A DNA stretch of 60,811 nucleotides from Candidatus Parcubacteria bacterium. Its GTDB lineage: Bacteria > Patescibacteriota > Minisyncoccia > Sungbacterales > SURF-37. A model generated the notes under the pieces. It made no database searches and was not told where the DNA came from. It saw nothing but the letters and a program-made list of their open reading frames with translations. The stretch spans positions 1 to 60,811 of the forward strand of contig QZJO01000003.1 in the NCBI GenBank assembly GCA_003599755.1. The letters run 5' to 3'. Position numbers and translations under genes: made by a program. Below, piece by piece: positions 46,345 through 56,440 of the stretch (position 1 is its first letter; every line of letters starts with the position of its first letter).

Positions 46345-48330
46345 TCAGACGAGGAACGGCGCGATGAGTAAGGCGACGATATTGGCGATCTTAATCATGG
46401 GATTGATCGCCGGTCCCGCGGTGTCCTTATAGGGATCGCCGACCGTATCGCCGGTAACGGCGGCTTGATGCGCGGGAGATTTTTTACCGCCGTAATGGCC
46501 TTCTTCGATGTATTTTTTGGCGTTGTCCCAGGCCGCTCCTCCCGATGTCATAGACAGGGCCACGAATACGCCGGTCACGATCGAACCGATGAGGAGGCCG
46601 CCGAGCGCGGTGGCGCCGTGTTCGCCCAGGGCAAATGCCACCGCGATCGGTATCGCGACGGGGATAAGCGAGGGTATGATCATTTCGCGGATAGCGGCGC
46701 GCGTCACGATATCCACGGTCGCACCGTAATCCGGCTTGGCCGTGCCTTCCATGATGCCGGGAATTTCCTTGAACTGGCGGCGCACTTCCGCGACTACGCC
46801 TTGAGCGGCTTTCGAGACCGCGCGCATGGCGATTGAGCCGAACAAATACGGCATCAGGCCGCCGATAAAAAGGCCGACGATGGTGTAGGGGTCTGCCAGA
46901 TCGAATCGGACGTCCGCGCCGGCGTAGCGCAATTCTTCCGTATACGACGCGAAGAGCACGAGGGCGGCAAGGCCTGCCGACGCGATAGCATAGCCCTTGG
47001 TCACGGCCTTGGTCGTGTTGCCGACCGCGTCCAAAGGATCGGTCACGGCGCGCACATCTTCGGGTAGGCCAGCCATTTCGGCGATGCCGCCGGCATTATC
47101 GGTGATGGGACCGAATGCGTCGATCGCGACGATGATCGCGGTCAGCGAGAGCATGCCCATCGCAGCCAGCGCCACGCCGTAGAGGCCCGCGAGCACGTAC
47201 GCTGCAAGGGCGGCGGCCGCGATCACGAGCACGGGCAATACGGTCGCTTCCAGTGACATCGCCAGGCCCATGATGACGTTGGTGCCGTGGCCGGAATTTG
47301 ATGCCTCGGCGATCATGCGCACCGGTCGGAAGCGTTTGGATGTGTAGTATTCGGTAATGATCACCATGAGTACGGTCACCAGAATCCCGATGAGCGCGGC
47401 GGTGGCGTGCGTCCAGGTAAAGACCGCGCCGTACCATGCGGCAAGACCCAAGAATCCGGCCGCGGCGAGTGCCGCGGTCACGCCGAGTCCGCGGTACAGC
47501 GCGCCCATGATGTTTTTCTTTTCCGGATCCACGGATACGAAGAAGCTGCCGATCACGGCCGCGACGATCGCGATCGCGCCGATGACGAGCGGTATAAGTA
47601 CGGCGGGCGATTGCGCACCCGATACGAGCGATGCCAAAAGCATCGCCGATATGGCGGTCACGGCATACGTTTCGAACAGGTCCGCGGCCATGCCCGCATC
47701 ATCACCGACCATATCACCAACGTTGTCGGCGATCACGGCCGGATTGCGAGGATCGTCTTCGGGAATGCCGGCCTCCACTTTACCGACCAAATCCGCGCCG
47801 ACATCAGCCCCTTTGGTAAAAATGCCGCCGCCGAGGCGCGCGAATACCGAGATCAACGACCCGCCGAATGCGAGCCCGACGAGCGCGGCCAAACTTCCGG
47901 TGAGCCAATAAAATGCGGTCACGGTAAACAGGGCGAGTCCGGCGACGAGAAATCCGGTTACCGCGCCGCCGGTGAATGCTACGCGAAATGCCGGTGCGAG
48001 GCCCGAGCGCGCCGCTTCCGTAGTGCGGACATTGGTTTCCGCGGCCGTCATCATGCCGACGTAGCCGGCAAGGGCCGAAGCGATCGCGCCGGCCAAGAAT
48101 CCGAGCGCCACGAGCGCGCCGAGCGAAACGGCAAGCAAAACCGCGACGACAAGCGCGACCCAGAATACGGTGACGTTTTGGCGGTATAAATACGCCCGCG
48201 CGCCGGCTTTGATGGCTTCGGCGATCTCCACCATCGTGCCCGATCCTTTGGGCAGCGCGAGGGTACTCATGCGGAGCCAGGCGGCATACGCGATGGCAAG
48301 AAGCGATACGGCGAGCGGGAAGAGAATCAT
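46345..48330 (-). CDS. hppA: Membrane H+-translocating pyrophosphatase, K+-independent type
   Basis: [32 protein letters not shown]. Confidence 0.95.
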   Translation of the reverse strand: MILFPLAVSLLAIAYAAWLRMSTLALPKGSGTMVEIAEAIKAGARAYLYRQNVTVFWVALVVAVLLAVSLGALVALGFLAGAIASALAGYVGMMTAAETNVRTTEAARSGLAPAFRVAFTGGAVTGFLVAGLALFTVTAFYWLTGSLAALVGLAFGGSLISVFARLGGGIFTKGADVGADLVGKVEAGIPEDDPRNPAVIADNVGDMVGDDAGMAADLFETYAVTAISAMLLASLVSGAQSPAVLIPLVIGAIAIVAAVIGSFFVSVDPEKKNIMGALYRGLGVTAALAAAGFLGLAAWYGAVFTWTHATAALIGILVTVLMVIITEYYTSKRFRPVRMIAEASNSGHGTNVIMGLAMSLEATVLPVLVIAAAALAAYVLAGLYGVALAAMGMLSLTAIIVAIDAFGPITDNAGGIAEMAGLPEDVRAVTDPLDAVGNTTKAVTKGYAIASAGLAALVLFASYTEELRYAGADVRFDLADPYTIVGLFIGGLMPYLFGSIAMRAVSKAAQGVVAEVRRQFKEIPGIMEGTAKPDYGATVDIVTRAAIREMIIPSLIPVAIPIAVAFALGEHGATALGGLLIGSIVTGVFVALSMTSGGAAWDNAKKYIEEGHYGGKKSPAHQAAVTGDTVGDPYKDTAGPAINPMIKIANIVALLIAPFLV

Positions 48331-48351
48331 ACGAGGGTTGATGAGCGCAAT

Positions 48352-49797
48352 TTATGCGGTTTTATCGGATTCGGGGTCGGCTGGTTGTTCGGCGGATTCT
48401 GCTGGCTCCTCGGCGGCGACTTGTTTTTCCATAGCTTCTTGCGATTCGCCGAGCTGCGGCGGTTTGGCGGGATCTTCAGCGGGCGTTTGCAGAGCCTCGG
48501 CCGCATCGCTCGGCGGGGGGCCGGCCGCATCCGCGTTGGCAACAGCATCGGTCGGCGGCGCCGATTCGCCGGCCGGGCTTGCCTCGCCTGCAGGCGGACG
48601 GACGTCAATTTTCCAGCCGGTCAATTTCGCGGCCAAGCGCACGTTCTGGCCGCCCTTGCCGATAGCGAGCGACAATTGGTCTTCGGGCGCGGTGACGATC
48701 GCTTCGCGCCGGTCGGCATCGAGCGCCACGTTGAGGATTTTGGCCGGCGAAAGGGCGTTTTGAATGAATCGGCCCGAATCATCCGACCATTCGATGATGT
48801 CGATTTTTTCGCCCGCGAGTTCATTGGTCACCGTCGAGACGCGCACGCCGCGCTGGCCGACCATGGAGCCGACCGGATCAACGGCCGGATCCGTGGACGC
48901 GACCGCGACTTTGGAGCGGCTGCCCGCCTCGCGGGCGATCGCGCGGATTTCCACGACGCCGTTGGCGATTTCCGGCACTTCCAATTCAAAAAGTTTGCGC
49001 AAAAAGCGCGGATGCGAGCGCGAGAGCACGAGTCCGGGGCCGCGCATGTCTTTTTCCACGACGATGAGCAGGGCCTTGAGCCGATCGCCGAGCGCATAGC
49101 GTTCCCGGGCGATCTGTTCTTCGGCGGGCAGCACGCCCGCGCCCCGCCCGAGATTCAGGAAAATCGTCCGGCCCTCGATCCGCTGCACCACGCCGGAAAT
49201 GATCTCGCCTTCGCGGACTTTATATTCGCTATAGGTTGCCTCGCGCTCCGCTTCGCGCACCCGCTGAATGATGACTTGTTTCGCGGTTTGGGAGGCGATG
49301 CGGCCGAATTCGTGGCGAGCATCAAGCGGAAACGAAAGCTCCATGCCCGATTCGGCATCTTTCCGGATCGCCCGGGCTTCGGCAAGCATGATATGGCGCT
49401 CGGGATTGAAGCGCACCTTGCGCGGCGCCGCTTCGCCTTCAGCGCCGGGACGGACGAGCTCCTCTTCGCCCTCGTCGGCGTCTGCGCGCCGGGCCTGCCG
49501 GCTGGGCCGCTCTCCCTCGCTGGCGGGTGCGCTGGTTTCCATGCGTTCTCGTTCTTCGGCTTCTACCTCTTCCTCGGATTTGATCATCGACTCGTCCACC
49601 ACGAGCTTTACCTGGGTAAACGAAAGTCCCCCTGATTCGGGATCGAATTTGGCGCGAATGATCTGGCCGCGCTTGCCGTAATCCTTCTTATAGGCGGCCG
49701 CGACCGCAAGCTCGATGGTTTCGATAACTTTGGTCTCGGGAATGCCCTTGTCATGAGCGAGCTCCCGGACAGCCTGGCCGAATTGCTTGAGATCCAT
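48352..49797 (-). CDS. nusA: Transcription factor NusA
   Basis: FGRIASQTAKQ, REAGSRSKVAV, LSLAIGKGGQNVRLA. Confidence 0.97.
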   Translation of the reverse strand: MDLKQFGQAVRELAHDKGIPETKVIETIELAVAAAYKKDYGKRGQIIRAKFDPESGGLSFTQVKLVVDESMIKSEEEVEAEERERMETSAPASEGERPSRQARRADADEGEEELVRPGAEGEAAPRKVRFNPERHIMLAEARAIRKDAESGMELSFPLDARHEFGRIASQTAKQVIIQRVREAEREATYSEYKVREGEIISGVVQRIEGRTIFLNLGRGAGVLPAEEQIARERYALGDRLKALLIVVEKDMRGPGLVLSRSHPRFLRKLFELEVPEIANGVVEIRAIAREAGSRSKVAVASTDPAVDPVGSMVGQRGVRVSTVTNELAGEKIDIIEWSDDSGRFIQNALSPAKILNVALDADRREAIVTAPEDQLSLAIGKGGQNVRLAAKLTGWKIDVRPPAGEASPAGESAPPTDAVANADAAGPPPSDAAEALQTPAEDPAKPPQLGESQEAMEKQVAAEEPAESAEQPADPESDKTA

Positions 49798-50097
49798 CCC
49801 GTGAGAAGCAGGCCCCGATAGTATACCGCGCAAGCGCGGTAACTACGGGGCGAGACTTGGTGTTACAGAGACCTTTGTCATGATAGAGTCCCGTAGCCAA
49901 ATCCGACAGGATTTGTGGTAACGGGATCGCGGTCATTTTGATATACCGAGACGCGCTTGATTAAGTGATATATACGGTCAACATCCTGACAGGCCTCCCG
50001 AGAAGCGACCGCGGCTTCTTACGGGATCCATGCATGGGGCGGTAAAAAGGGTATTTTTAAGGGTCCGCGCCGCGGACCCTGAAACGTCATCGTGCCA

Positions 50098-50126
50098 AAC
50101 ATACCGCTCTAAAACGCCTTTGTCAA
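50098..50126 (-). promoter_or_regulatory. Sigma70-type promoter pointing into the nusA upstream region
   Basis: TTGACA-17 nt-TATGTT. Confidence 0.5.
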
Positions 50127-50192
50127 TGCCGCCCGCCCCCGTGTGCATACCCCTGCCCCGAGGATGCGCGGGCCATGGTATACTGTGCAGTG

Positions 50193-51143
50193 ATGATGGG
50201 GAACTTGCATCGGTTGAACGTGATCGCGGAGTGCCGCGGCGCGCACCTCGGCCTGTGGGCGTGTCCGCCGTTTCTCTTCGTGGTGATGGGCATTGTCGAT
50301 ATATCGGCAATGCTCGGATCCTACGTGCTGGCAAACCGCTATCTTGATGAGACCACGACGGTTTTGCTTATCACGGCGGTTGCCATATTCATCTTCGTGA
50401 TCGGCAATTTCATCATTACCGGCTTCAACCAGATCGCGGAAGCCAACCGCATCAAGAACGAGTTCATCTCGGTGGTATCGCACCAGCTCCGCTCGCCCTT
50501 GTCGGTGTTCAAATGGGTGCTCGATGCCATGGCCCATACGTCGGTGGACGCCGCGCGGGATCCGGCGACGCAGTCCTACCTCGGGATGCTCCGCGACAAC
50601 GCGGAAAAGATGATCCAGCTTGTCAACATGCTTCTCGAGGTCTCGCGGTTCGAGTCCGGCCGGCTCGTACTGCGCCAGGATCGGGTTTCCCTGGACCTGG
50701 TCACCGAGGAATTCGTGCGCTCATACGCGCCCTATGCCAAGGCCGCGCATGTGACCATTCAGTTCACGGCGCCGGCGAATCTGCCGCCGGTCCGCGGCGA
50801 CAAAGAAAAGATCAAGATGGTCGTGCAGAATCTCATCGACAATGCCGTGCGCTATTCGCGTTCGGGCGGGCAAGTGACGATCGTCGTCGCATCTTTGGGG
50901 CCGGCAATGGTCGAATGGCGGATCTCCGATATCGGCATCGGCATCGCCAAAAGTCAGCAGCGCTATATTTTCCAGAAGTTCTTTCGCACCGACAAAGCGG
51001 TGCAGCATCAGACCCAAGGATCGGGATTGGGCCTCTACATCGCCCGCTCGCTCGTTGTCGCCCAGGGCGGCGACATGGGCTTTACGTCCGAAGAAGGCAA
51101 GGGAACGACGTTCTGGTTTCATCTGCCGGCATATTCCACATAA
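50193..51143 (+). CDS. Sensor histidine kinase
   Basis: Two TMs, SHQLRSPL, NLIDNA, DIGIG, GSGLGL. Confidence 0.93.
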   Translation: MMGNLHRLNVIAECRGAHLGLWACPPFLFVVMGIVDISAMLGSYVLANRYLDETTTVLLITAVAIFIFVIGNFIITGFNQIAEANRIKNEFISVVSHQLRSPLSVFKWVLDAMAHTSVDAARDPATQSYLGMLRDNAEKMIQLVNMLLEVSRFESGRLVLRQDRVSLDLVTEEFVRSYAPYAKAAHVTIQFTAPANLPPVRGDKEKIKMVVQNLIDNAVRYSRSGGQVTIVVASLGPAMVEWRISDIGIGIAKSQQRYIFQKFFRTDKAVQHQTQGSGLGLYIARSLVVAQGGDMGFTSEEGKGTTFWFHLPAYST

Positions 51144-51152
51144 CCATTCTGT

Positions 51153-51521
51153 ATGGCAAAGATCGTATTCATCGAAGACGAACCCGCATTGCAGCAGTCC
51201 CTCGGCGATTTTCTCCGTTCGAACGGCCACGAAGTCATGGCGGCCCTGAACGGCGAAGACGGCCTCGCCATGATCCAAAAAGAGCATCCGGACCTGGTGC
51301 TGTTGGACGTGATCTTGCCGCGCATGAACGGCATCGAGGTACTGCGCGCCATCCGCAATGACCCGGCCACGCAGGCCACGGCGGTCATCATGCTCACGAA
51401 TTCGGAGGCCGGGGAGACGATCGAAGAAGCGGTGCGCCTCGGCGCCAAAGCGTATCTGGTAAAGACCTCGTATTCGCTCGACGAAGTATCCGAGAAGGTG
51501 AAGAACGTGCTCGGAGCCTAA
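51153..51521 (+). CDS. Receiver-only response regulator
   Basis: IEDE, LLDVILP, LTN, YLVK. Confidence 0.92.
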   Translation: MAKIVFIEDEPALQQSLGDFLRSNGHEVMAALNGEDGLAMIQKEHPDLVLLDVILPRMNGIEVLRAIRNDPATQATAVIMLTNSEAGETIEEAVRLGAKAYLVKTSYSLDEVSEKVKNVLGA

Positions 51522-51563
51522 CGGGCCGCCGCATCTTACCTCACGCTTCCCGATTCAGTTAAA

Positions 51564-51708
51564 AAATTCGAAGCACGGAATACGAACCAATGTCCCCACG
51601 TCCGAATGATCGAAATGCGTTTCGATATTTTACGTTTTCGGATTTCTTTCGCATTTCGCCGAAAGCCCGAGGGCTCGGCCCTCTCGGGGTATTCGAATTT
51701 CGAGTTTC
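51564..51708. mobile_element. MITE-like palindromic element, family B, copy 3
   Basis: AAATTCGAAGCACG start, AATGATCGAA core, TATTCGAATTTCGAGTTTC end. Confidence 0.5.
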
Positions 51709-51718
51709 TCAGTGAGCT

Positions 51719-53488
51719 ATGCGAATCAGCGACGATCAATTGAAAGCGTTCATTACGGACGGCGGGCTCGTCGGCGCGGATGTGCTCGGCCGCGCCGAAA
51801 TGGAAGCAAAAAAGACCGGCCAATCGCTGCATGAAGCGATTTTGCGCCTTAAACTCATTGACGAGGGCGACTTGCGCAAGCTCGAGGCCTATATTTTCGG
51901 CATCCCGTTCATCGACCTTTCGAAGGAAACGATCGATCCGGAAATATTGCGGCTGATTCCCGAACCGATCGCCAAGAAGTCGAACGTCATCGCATTCCGG
52001 AAATCCGGCCGCGATCTTCAAGTCGCGATGCTCGACCCGGACGATATCCAGACGATCGAGTTCATCAAAAAGACCACGAATCTGCGCGTGCTGCCCCGGT
52101 TGACGAATGCCGAGAGTATCAAAGCAGGACTGCGCCAGTACCAGAAAAGTTTGGAGGCAGAGTTCGGGGAGATCATAAAAAAGGAATCGGGCGACATCCG
52201 GATTCTTGCCGGTGCGGGAGGCGTGGAAGGCGGCGAGGCCGCGATCGAAGGCGTCGAGGATCTGAAGAAGCTCGCCGAGGACCTTCCGATCATTAAAATC
52301 GTGGACACGCTCATCCGCCACGCCGCCCTGCAAAGCGCGTCCGACATCCATATCGAGCCGGCCGAAAAGGAAGTGATCGTACGCTACCGTATCGACGGCT
52401 TGCTGCATGACGCGATGACGCTTCCGAAGCAAATCGCGCCCGGCGTGGTCGCGCGCATCAAGGTGATATCCAACCTGAAACTCGATGAACACCGCCTACC
52501 GCAGGACGGCCGATTCAGAGTGGACGCGCCGGATTACCGTATTTCCATGCGCGTTTCGGTATTGCCGGTCGCTGACGGCGAAAAAGTGGTCATGCGGCTT
52601 CTTCCGGAAAACGCCCAAGGGTTCACGCTCGAAAAGTTGGGATTCTTCGGCTATCAGCTCGACATGATCCATAAATATATCCGCCGTACCACCGGCATCA
52701 TGCTCGCGACCGGGCCGACCGGGTCGGGCAAGACCACGACGCTCTATACCGTCATCGATATTTTGAACAAGCCAACGGTCAATATTTCGACCGTTGAGGA
52801 TCCGATCGAGTACCGCATCCCCCGGGTCAACCAAACGCAGGTTCGGCCGGAGCTCGGCCTCACGTTTGCCAACGGTTTGCGCTCTCTCCTGCGTCAGGAC
52901 CCGGACATCGTCATGGTCGGCGAGATCCGCGACGGCGAAACCGCGGACCTTGCGATCAACGCCGCGCTGACCGGCCACCTGGTGCTCTCGACGCTGCACA
53001 CCAATTCGGCGGCTGGCGCGCTGCCGCGCCTCGTGGATATGGGCATTGAGCCGTTTTTGATCGCCTCCACGGTCAATGTCATCACCGCCCAGCGGCTCGT
53101 GCGCACGCTGTGCGCCGAGCGCGAGGAGTATCGGTTAACCGAAGCCGAACTCAAGAACCTTTCCCAGCAGGCGGATCTGGACCGCGTATTAGCAACGCTT
53201 AAGCACGAGAAAATCGTGCCGCAGGATGCGACATGGAACGACATCGCCTTCGCGCGGCCGAAAAAAACGGCTGAGTGCCCGGACGGGTACAAGGGGCGCA
53301 TCGGCATTCATGAAGTGATGGAAGTCACGCCCACGATCCGGGAGCTCGTCATGAAGCGTTCCAGTTCCGATGCAGTGGAGCGCCAAGCGCGCAGCGAGGG
53401 CATGATTACCATGCTCGAGGATGGGTTCATGAAAGCGGCGCAAAAAATCACGTCGATCGAAGAGGTGCTGCGGGTCATCAGCGAATGA
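51719..53488 (+). CDS. pilB: PilB/GspE assembly ATPase (cluster 2)
   Basis: ASDIHIEP, GPTGSGKTT, LRQDPD, GHLVLSTLH. Confidence 0.95.
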   Translation: MRISDDQLKAFITDGGLVGADVLGRAEMEAKKTGQSLHEAILRLKLIDEGDLRKLEAYIFGIPFIDLSKETIDPEILRLIPEPIAKKSNVIAFRKSGRDLQVAMLDPDDIQTIEFIKKTTNLRVLPRLTNAESIKAGLRQYQKSLEAEFGEIIKKESGDIRILAGAGGVEGGEAAIEGVEDLKKLAEDLPIIKIVDTLIRHAALQSASDIHIEPAEKEVIVRYRIDGLLHDAMTLPKQIAPGVVARIKVISNLKLDEHRLPQDGRFRVDAPDYRISMRVSVLPVADGEKVVMRLLPENAQGFTLEKLGFFGYQLDMIHKYIRRTTGIMLATGPTGSGKTTTLYTVIDILNKPTVNISTVEDPIEYRIPRVNQTQVRPELGLTFANGLRSLLRQDPDIVMVGEIRDGETADLAINAALTGHLVLSTLHTNSAAGALPRLVDMGIEPFLIASTVNVITAQRLVRTLCAEREEYRLTEAELKNLSQQADLDRVLATLKHEKIVPQDATWNDIAFARPKKTAECPDGYKGRIGIHEVMEVTPTIRELVMKRSSSDAVERQARSEGMITMLEDGFMKAAQKITSIEEVLRVISE

Positions 53489-53538
53489 AGCGTTTGGCCC
53501 CTGTAAGCACGAACGAGCGGGCAGGGTCGCCAAACCTT

Positions 53539-53674
53539 CACCCCGACACCAAACCAAAGGCATCGCGGTATACCCAATACCGAAGGCATGAAGAATCAAA
53601 CTGCAACAACCGTATTCCAAGCCCGAAACCGTCACCTGAACGCACAGTATTATGCCTTTGGTTGGTGCGGGGTG
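53539..53674. repeat. Long inverted repeat between pilB2 and pilC2
   Basis: CACCCCGACACCAAACCAAAGGCAT 53539-53563 / ATGCCTTTGGTTGGTGCGGGGTG 53652-53674. Confidence 0.65.
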
Positions 53675-53718
53675 CTTAATTTCGTAATTACTCGCTATCG
53701 CTCGTAAACGAAATTAGC

Positions 53719-54939
53719 ATGCTCTACGCTTTTCGCGCGGTGGATCGAACCGGCAAAACGATTTCCGAGACGCGCGACAGCGCGTCCGAGCGGGAGCTTG
53801 CCGACGCGCTGCGCAGCGAGGGATTTCTGCTATTGGAAGCGACGCCGCAAGGTACTGTCGCACCGGGCAAGCGGCGGGGCCTTTCGTTGCCGATGTTTCT
53901 TTCCCGCGTGACGCTCGTCGAACGCATGGTCTTCGCGAGGAATCTTGCCGTCATGGTGGGTGCGGGATTGTCGCTCACGCGGGCCTTGGAGGCGCTCGAA
54001 GAGCAGTCGACGAACCAAAAATTCCGGACGATTCTTGCCGATATCCGCGAGTCGGTGACGCGCGGCGTATCGTTTGCCGATTCGTTGCGGCCGCATGAGC
54101 GGGTATTCGGACCGATTTTTATTTCCATGATCGAGTCGGGCGAAATATCCGGAAACTTGGAAAAAGTGCTGAAAACCCTGGCGAAACAGATGAAGCGCGA
54201 TCATGATCTGCGATCGCGCGTGAAGGGCGCGTTGATTTATCCCGCCATCGTCATCGGGGCGCTCGTCGTTATCGGCATGCTTATGATGATCTATGTCGTA
54301 CCGACGCTGACCCAGACGTTCGCGGAACTGGAGATCGACCTGCCGCTTACGACCAAAATCGTTATCGGCGCTTCAAATATATTCCTGCAATATTACTACT
54401 TGGTGCTCATTGCCGGCGCCGCGCTGGTTTTGGGCGCATGGTATGCTTTGCGCCTTCCGTCCGTGCGCCTGGCGTTCGACAGCGCCATCCTGCGCGTGCC
54501 GCTGTTCGGCCCGCTGATCCAGAAACTGAATTCGGCGCGATTCGCGCGCACGCTTTCGTCCCTCATCGGATCGGGCACGCCGATTACCCGCGCGCTCGAA
54601 GTAACGGCTGCGGTGCTCGGCAACCATCGGTTTCGCCAGTCGCTCGAAGGAGCTGCGGCCGTAGTGCAGCAAGGCAAGCCCTTGTCCGACGTGCTGAAGA
54701 AGCACCCGGAGCTGTATCCGCCGCTCGTTACCGAAATGCTCCAAGTCGGGGAAGAGACCGGCGCGACGACATCCATGCTTTTACGCCTCGCATTGTTTTA
54801 CGAAGAAGAAGTCACGGCAACGACGAAAAACATGTCCAGCGTCATCGAGCCGGTGCTCATGATCGTGATCGGCGCGATCGTTGGTTTTTTCGCGATATCT
54901 ATGATCCAACCGATTTACGGCGGGCTCGGCGGCATTTGA
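53719..54939 (+). CDS. pilC: PilC/GspF platform protein (cluster 2)
   Basis: FARNLAVMV, GEISGNL, GEETG, EPVLMI. Confidence 0.95.
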   Translation: MLYAFRAVDRTGKTISETRDSASERELADALRSEGFLLLEATPQGTVAPGKRRGLSLPMFLSRVTLVERMVFARNLAVMVGAGLSLTRALEALEEQSTNQKFRTILADIRESVTRGVSFADSLRPHERVFGPIFISMIESGEISGNLEKVLKTLAKQMKRDHDLRSRVKGALIYPAIVIGALVVIGMLMMIYVVPTLTQTFAELEIDLPLTTKIVIGASNIFLQYYYLVLIAGAALVLGAWYALRLPSVRLAFDSAILRVPLFGPLIQKLNSARFARTLSSLIGSGTPITRALEVTAAVLGNHRFRQSLEGAAAVVQQGKPLSDVLKKHPELYPPLVTEMLQVGEETGATTSMLLRLALFYEEEVTATTKNMSSVIEPVLMIVIGAIVGFFAISMIQPIYGGLGGI

Positions 54940-54955
54940 CCGCCGGAATGATGGT

Positions 54956-55423
54956 ATGATTACTGCATCCGCGCGGCGCGGCGTCACGGCTCTCGAGCTT
55001 CTTTTGGCGATCGCCTTGGTCGCGATCATCGCGACGCTCTTGGCATCGGGGTTTTCGCTGTTCCGCCGGTCCGTGGCAGTCGGCGCGGCGACCGAGACGA
55101 CGCTGGCGGTGCTGGCCGAAGCGCGATCACGCACGCTCGGATCGCGCGACGCGGCAAGCTGGGGCGTGCATTTCGAGACGAGCCGCATCGTGCTCTATAA
55201 AGGTCCGGCATTCAGCGAGGGCGCGGCGGGTAATGAAGTCACGGCGCTTGGCGGCGACGTGCGCATCGCAACGATCGCGCTGGCCGGCGGCGGATCCGAC
55301 GTGTTGTTCGATCGGTTGACCGGCGCGACGTCCCAAGCCGGAACGATCACGATCGAACATGCGCATGATGCGTCGCGGTTTCGGGTCATTACGGTCTTAG
55401 CTACCGGTATCGCGAGCTTATGA
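54956..55423 (+). CDS. Minor pilin, FimT/GspH-like
   Basis: RG/VTALELLL. Confidence 0.8.
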   Translation: MITASARRGVTALELLLAIALVAIIATLLASGFSLFRRSVAVGAATETTLAVLAEARSRTLGSRDAASWGVHFETSRIVLYKGPAFSEGAAGNEVTALGGDVRIATIALAGGGSDVLFDRLTGATSQAGTITIEHAHDASRFRVITVLATGIASL

Positions 55424-55917
55424 AAAAGGGATTCGGCCTCGTGGAGGTACTGGTCGCTTCGGCCATCATTGGCATCACGTTTTTCGCGATCGTGGGTGCG
55501 GTGCGCCTGGCGGCGATTGCCGTGGAGGATGCGACGCACGAATCCCGCGCGGGATTTCTATTGGATGAGGGTATTGAGGTCGCGAAGCTCTGGCGCGATA
55601 CCTCGTGGAGCGAATTTTATCAAAAGCGCATGACGGTGGGAGAGACCTACTATCTGATATTTGCCGCTGGAACATGGACGATTGCGACGGTAGACCCCGG
55701 CCCGATCAACGGCGTTTTTACGCGTACGCTGGCGCTTGCGGACGTCTGCCGCGACGATGTGACGGCCGATATCGTCGGCGCCGCTCCGTGCTCCGGCGGC
55801 TCGACGATAGATCCTGGTACGCGCCAAGTCCAGATCAGCGTGAGCTGGAATCGCCGGGGCACGGGTACGCGTACGAAAACCGTTAGCACGTATGTCGCCA
55901 ATATTTTCCAAAACTAA
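55420..55917 (+). CDS. Minor pilin, PilV-like
   Basis: KG/FGLVEVLVAS; LLDEGIE. Confidence 0.85.
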   Translation: MKKGFGLVEVLVASAIIGITFFAIVGAVRLAAIAVEDATHESRAGFLLDEGIEVAKLWRDTSWSEFYQKRMTVGETYYLIFAAGTWTIATVDPGPINGVFTRTLALADVCRDDVTADIVGAAPCSGGSTIDPGTRQVQISVSWNRRGTGTRTKTVSTYVANIFQN

Positions 55918-56434
55918 AGGGTCTTTGCGCCGCGGCGCGTCTCTTTTGGAGACGGTGCTCTATATTGCGCTCGTCGTATTCTTGCTGGCCGCGGTGCTGA
56001 CGACGTTTATTCAGCTTTCGGACACGTACCAGCGGGCGCGCGCCAAACGCGTCGCGAACCAAAACGGCCTTGCCGCCATGGAGCGGATGCTCCGCGAGAT
56101 CCGTCTCGCGCATGATATTGATGACGCCGGCAGTTCATTTGGTACGCATCCGGGCGAATTAACGCTGGACACGATCGAGAGTCCGTCGGATCCGACAGCC
56201 ACGACCCGCCGTTTCTCCCTTTCCGGTACCGCACTTGTCTTGTCCGAAGGCGGGGGAGCAGACGCGCCACTCACCAGCGGCGCGCGCATCACGGACCTGA
56301 AATTTTACAGCACGACCACGGAGCGCGATACCCGTGCCATCCGCATTGAAATGACGGTCGAGGCAGGCAATGGCGAATCCCTGATTTCTCTTCCGTTCGC
56401 GGCATCCGCGGTCCTGCGCGAGACCTACCAATAA
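55892..56434 (+). CDS. Minor pilin, PilW-like
   Basis: RG/ASLLETVLYI; MERMLREIR. Confidence 0.82.
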   Translation: MSPIFSKTKGSLRRGASLLETVLYIALVVFLLAAVLTTFIQLSDTYQRARAKRVANQNGLAAMERMLREIRLAHDIDDAGSSFGTHPGELTLDTIESPSDPTATTRRFSLSGTALVLSEGGGADAPLTSGARITDLKFYSTTTERDTRAIRIEMTVEAGNGESLISLPFAASAVLRETYQ

Positions 56435-56440
56435 ATATCT

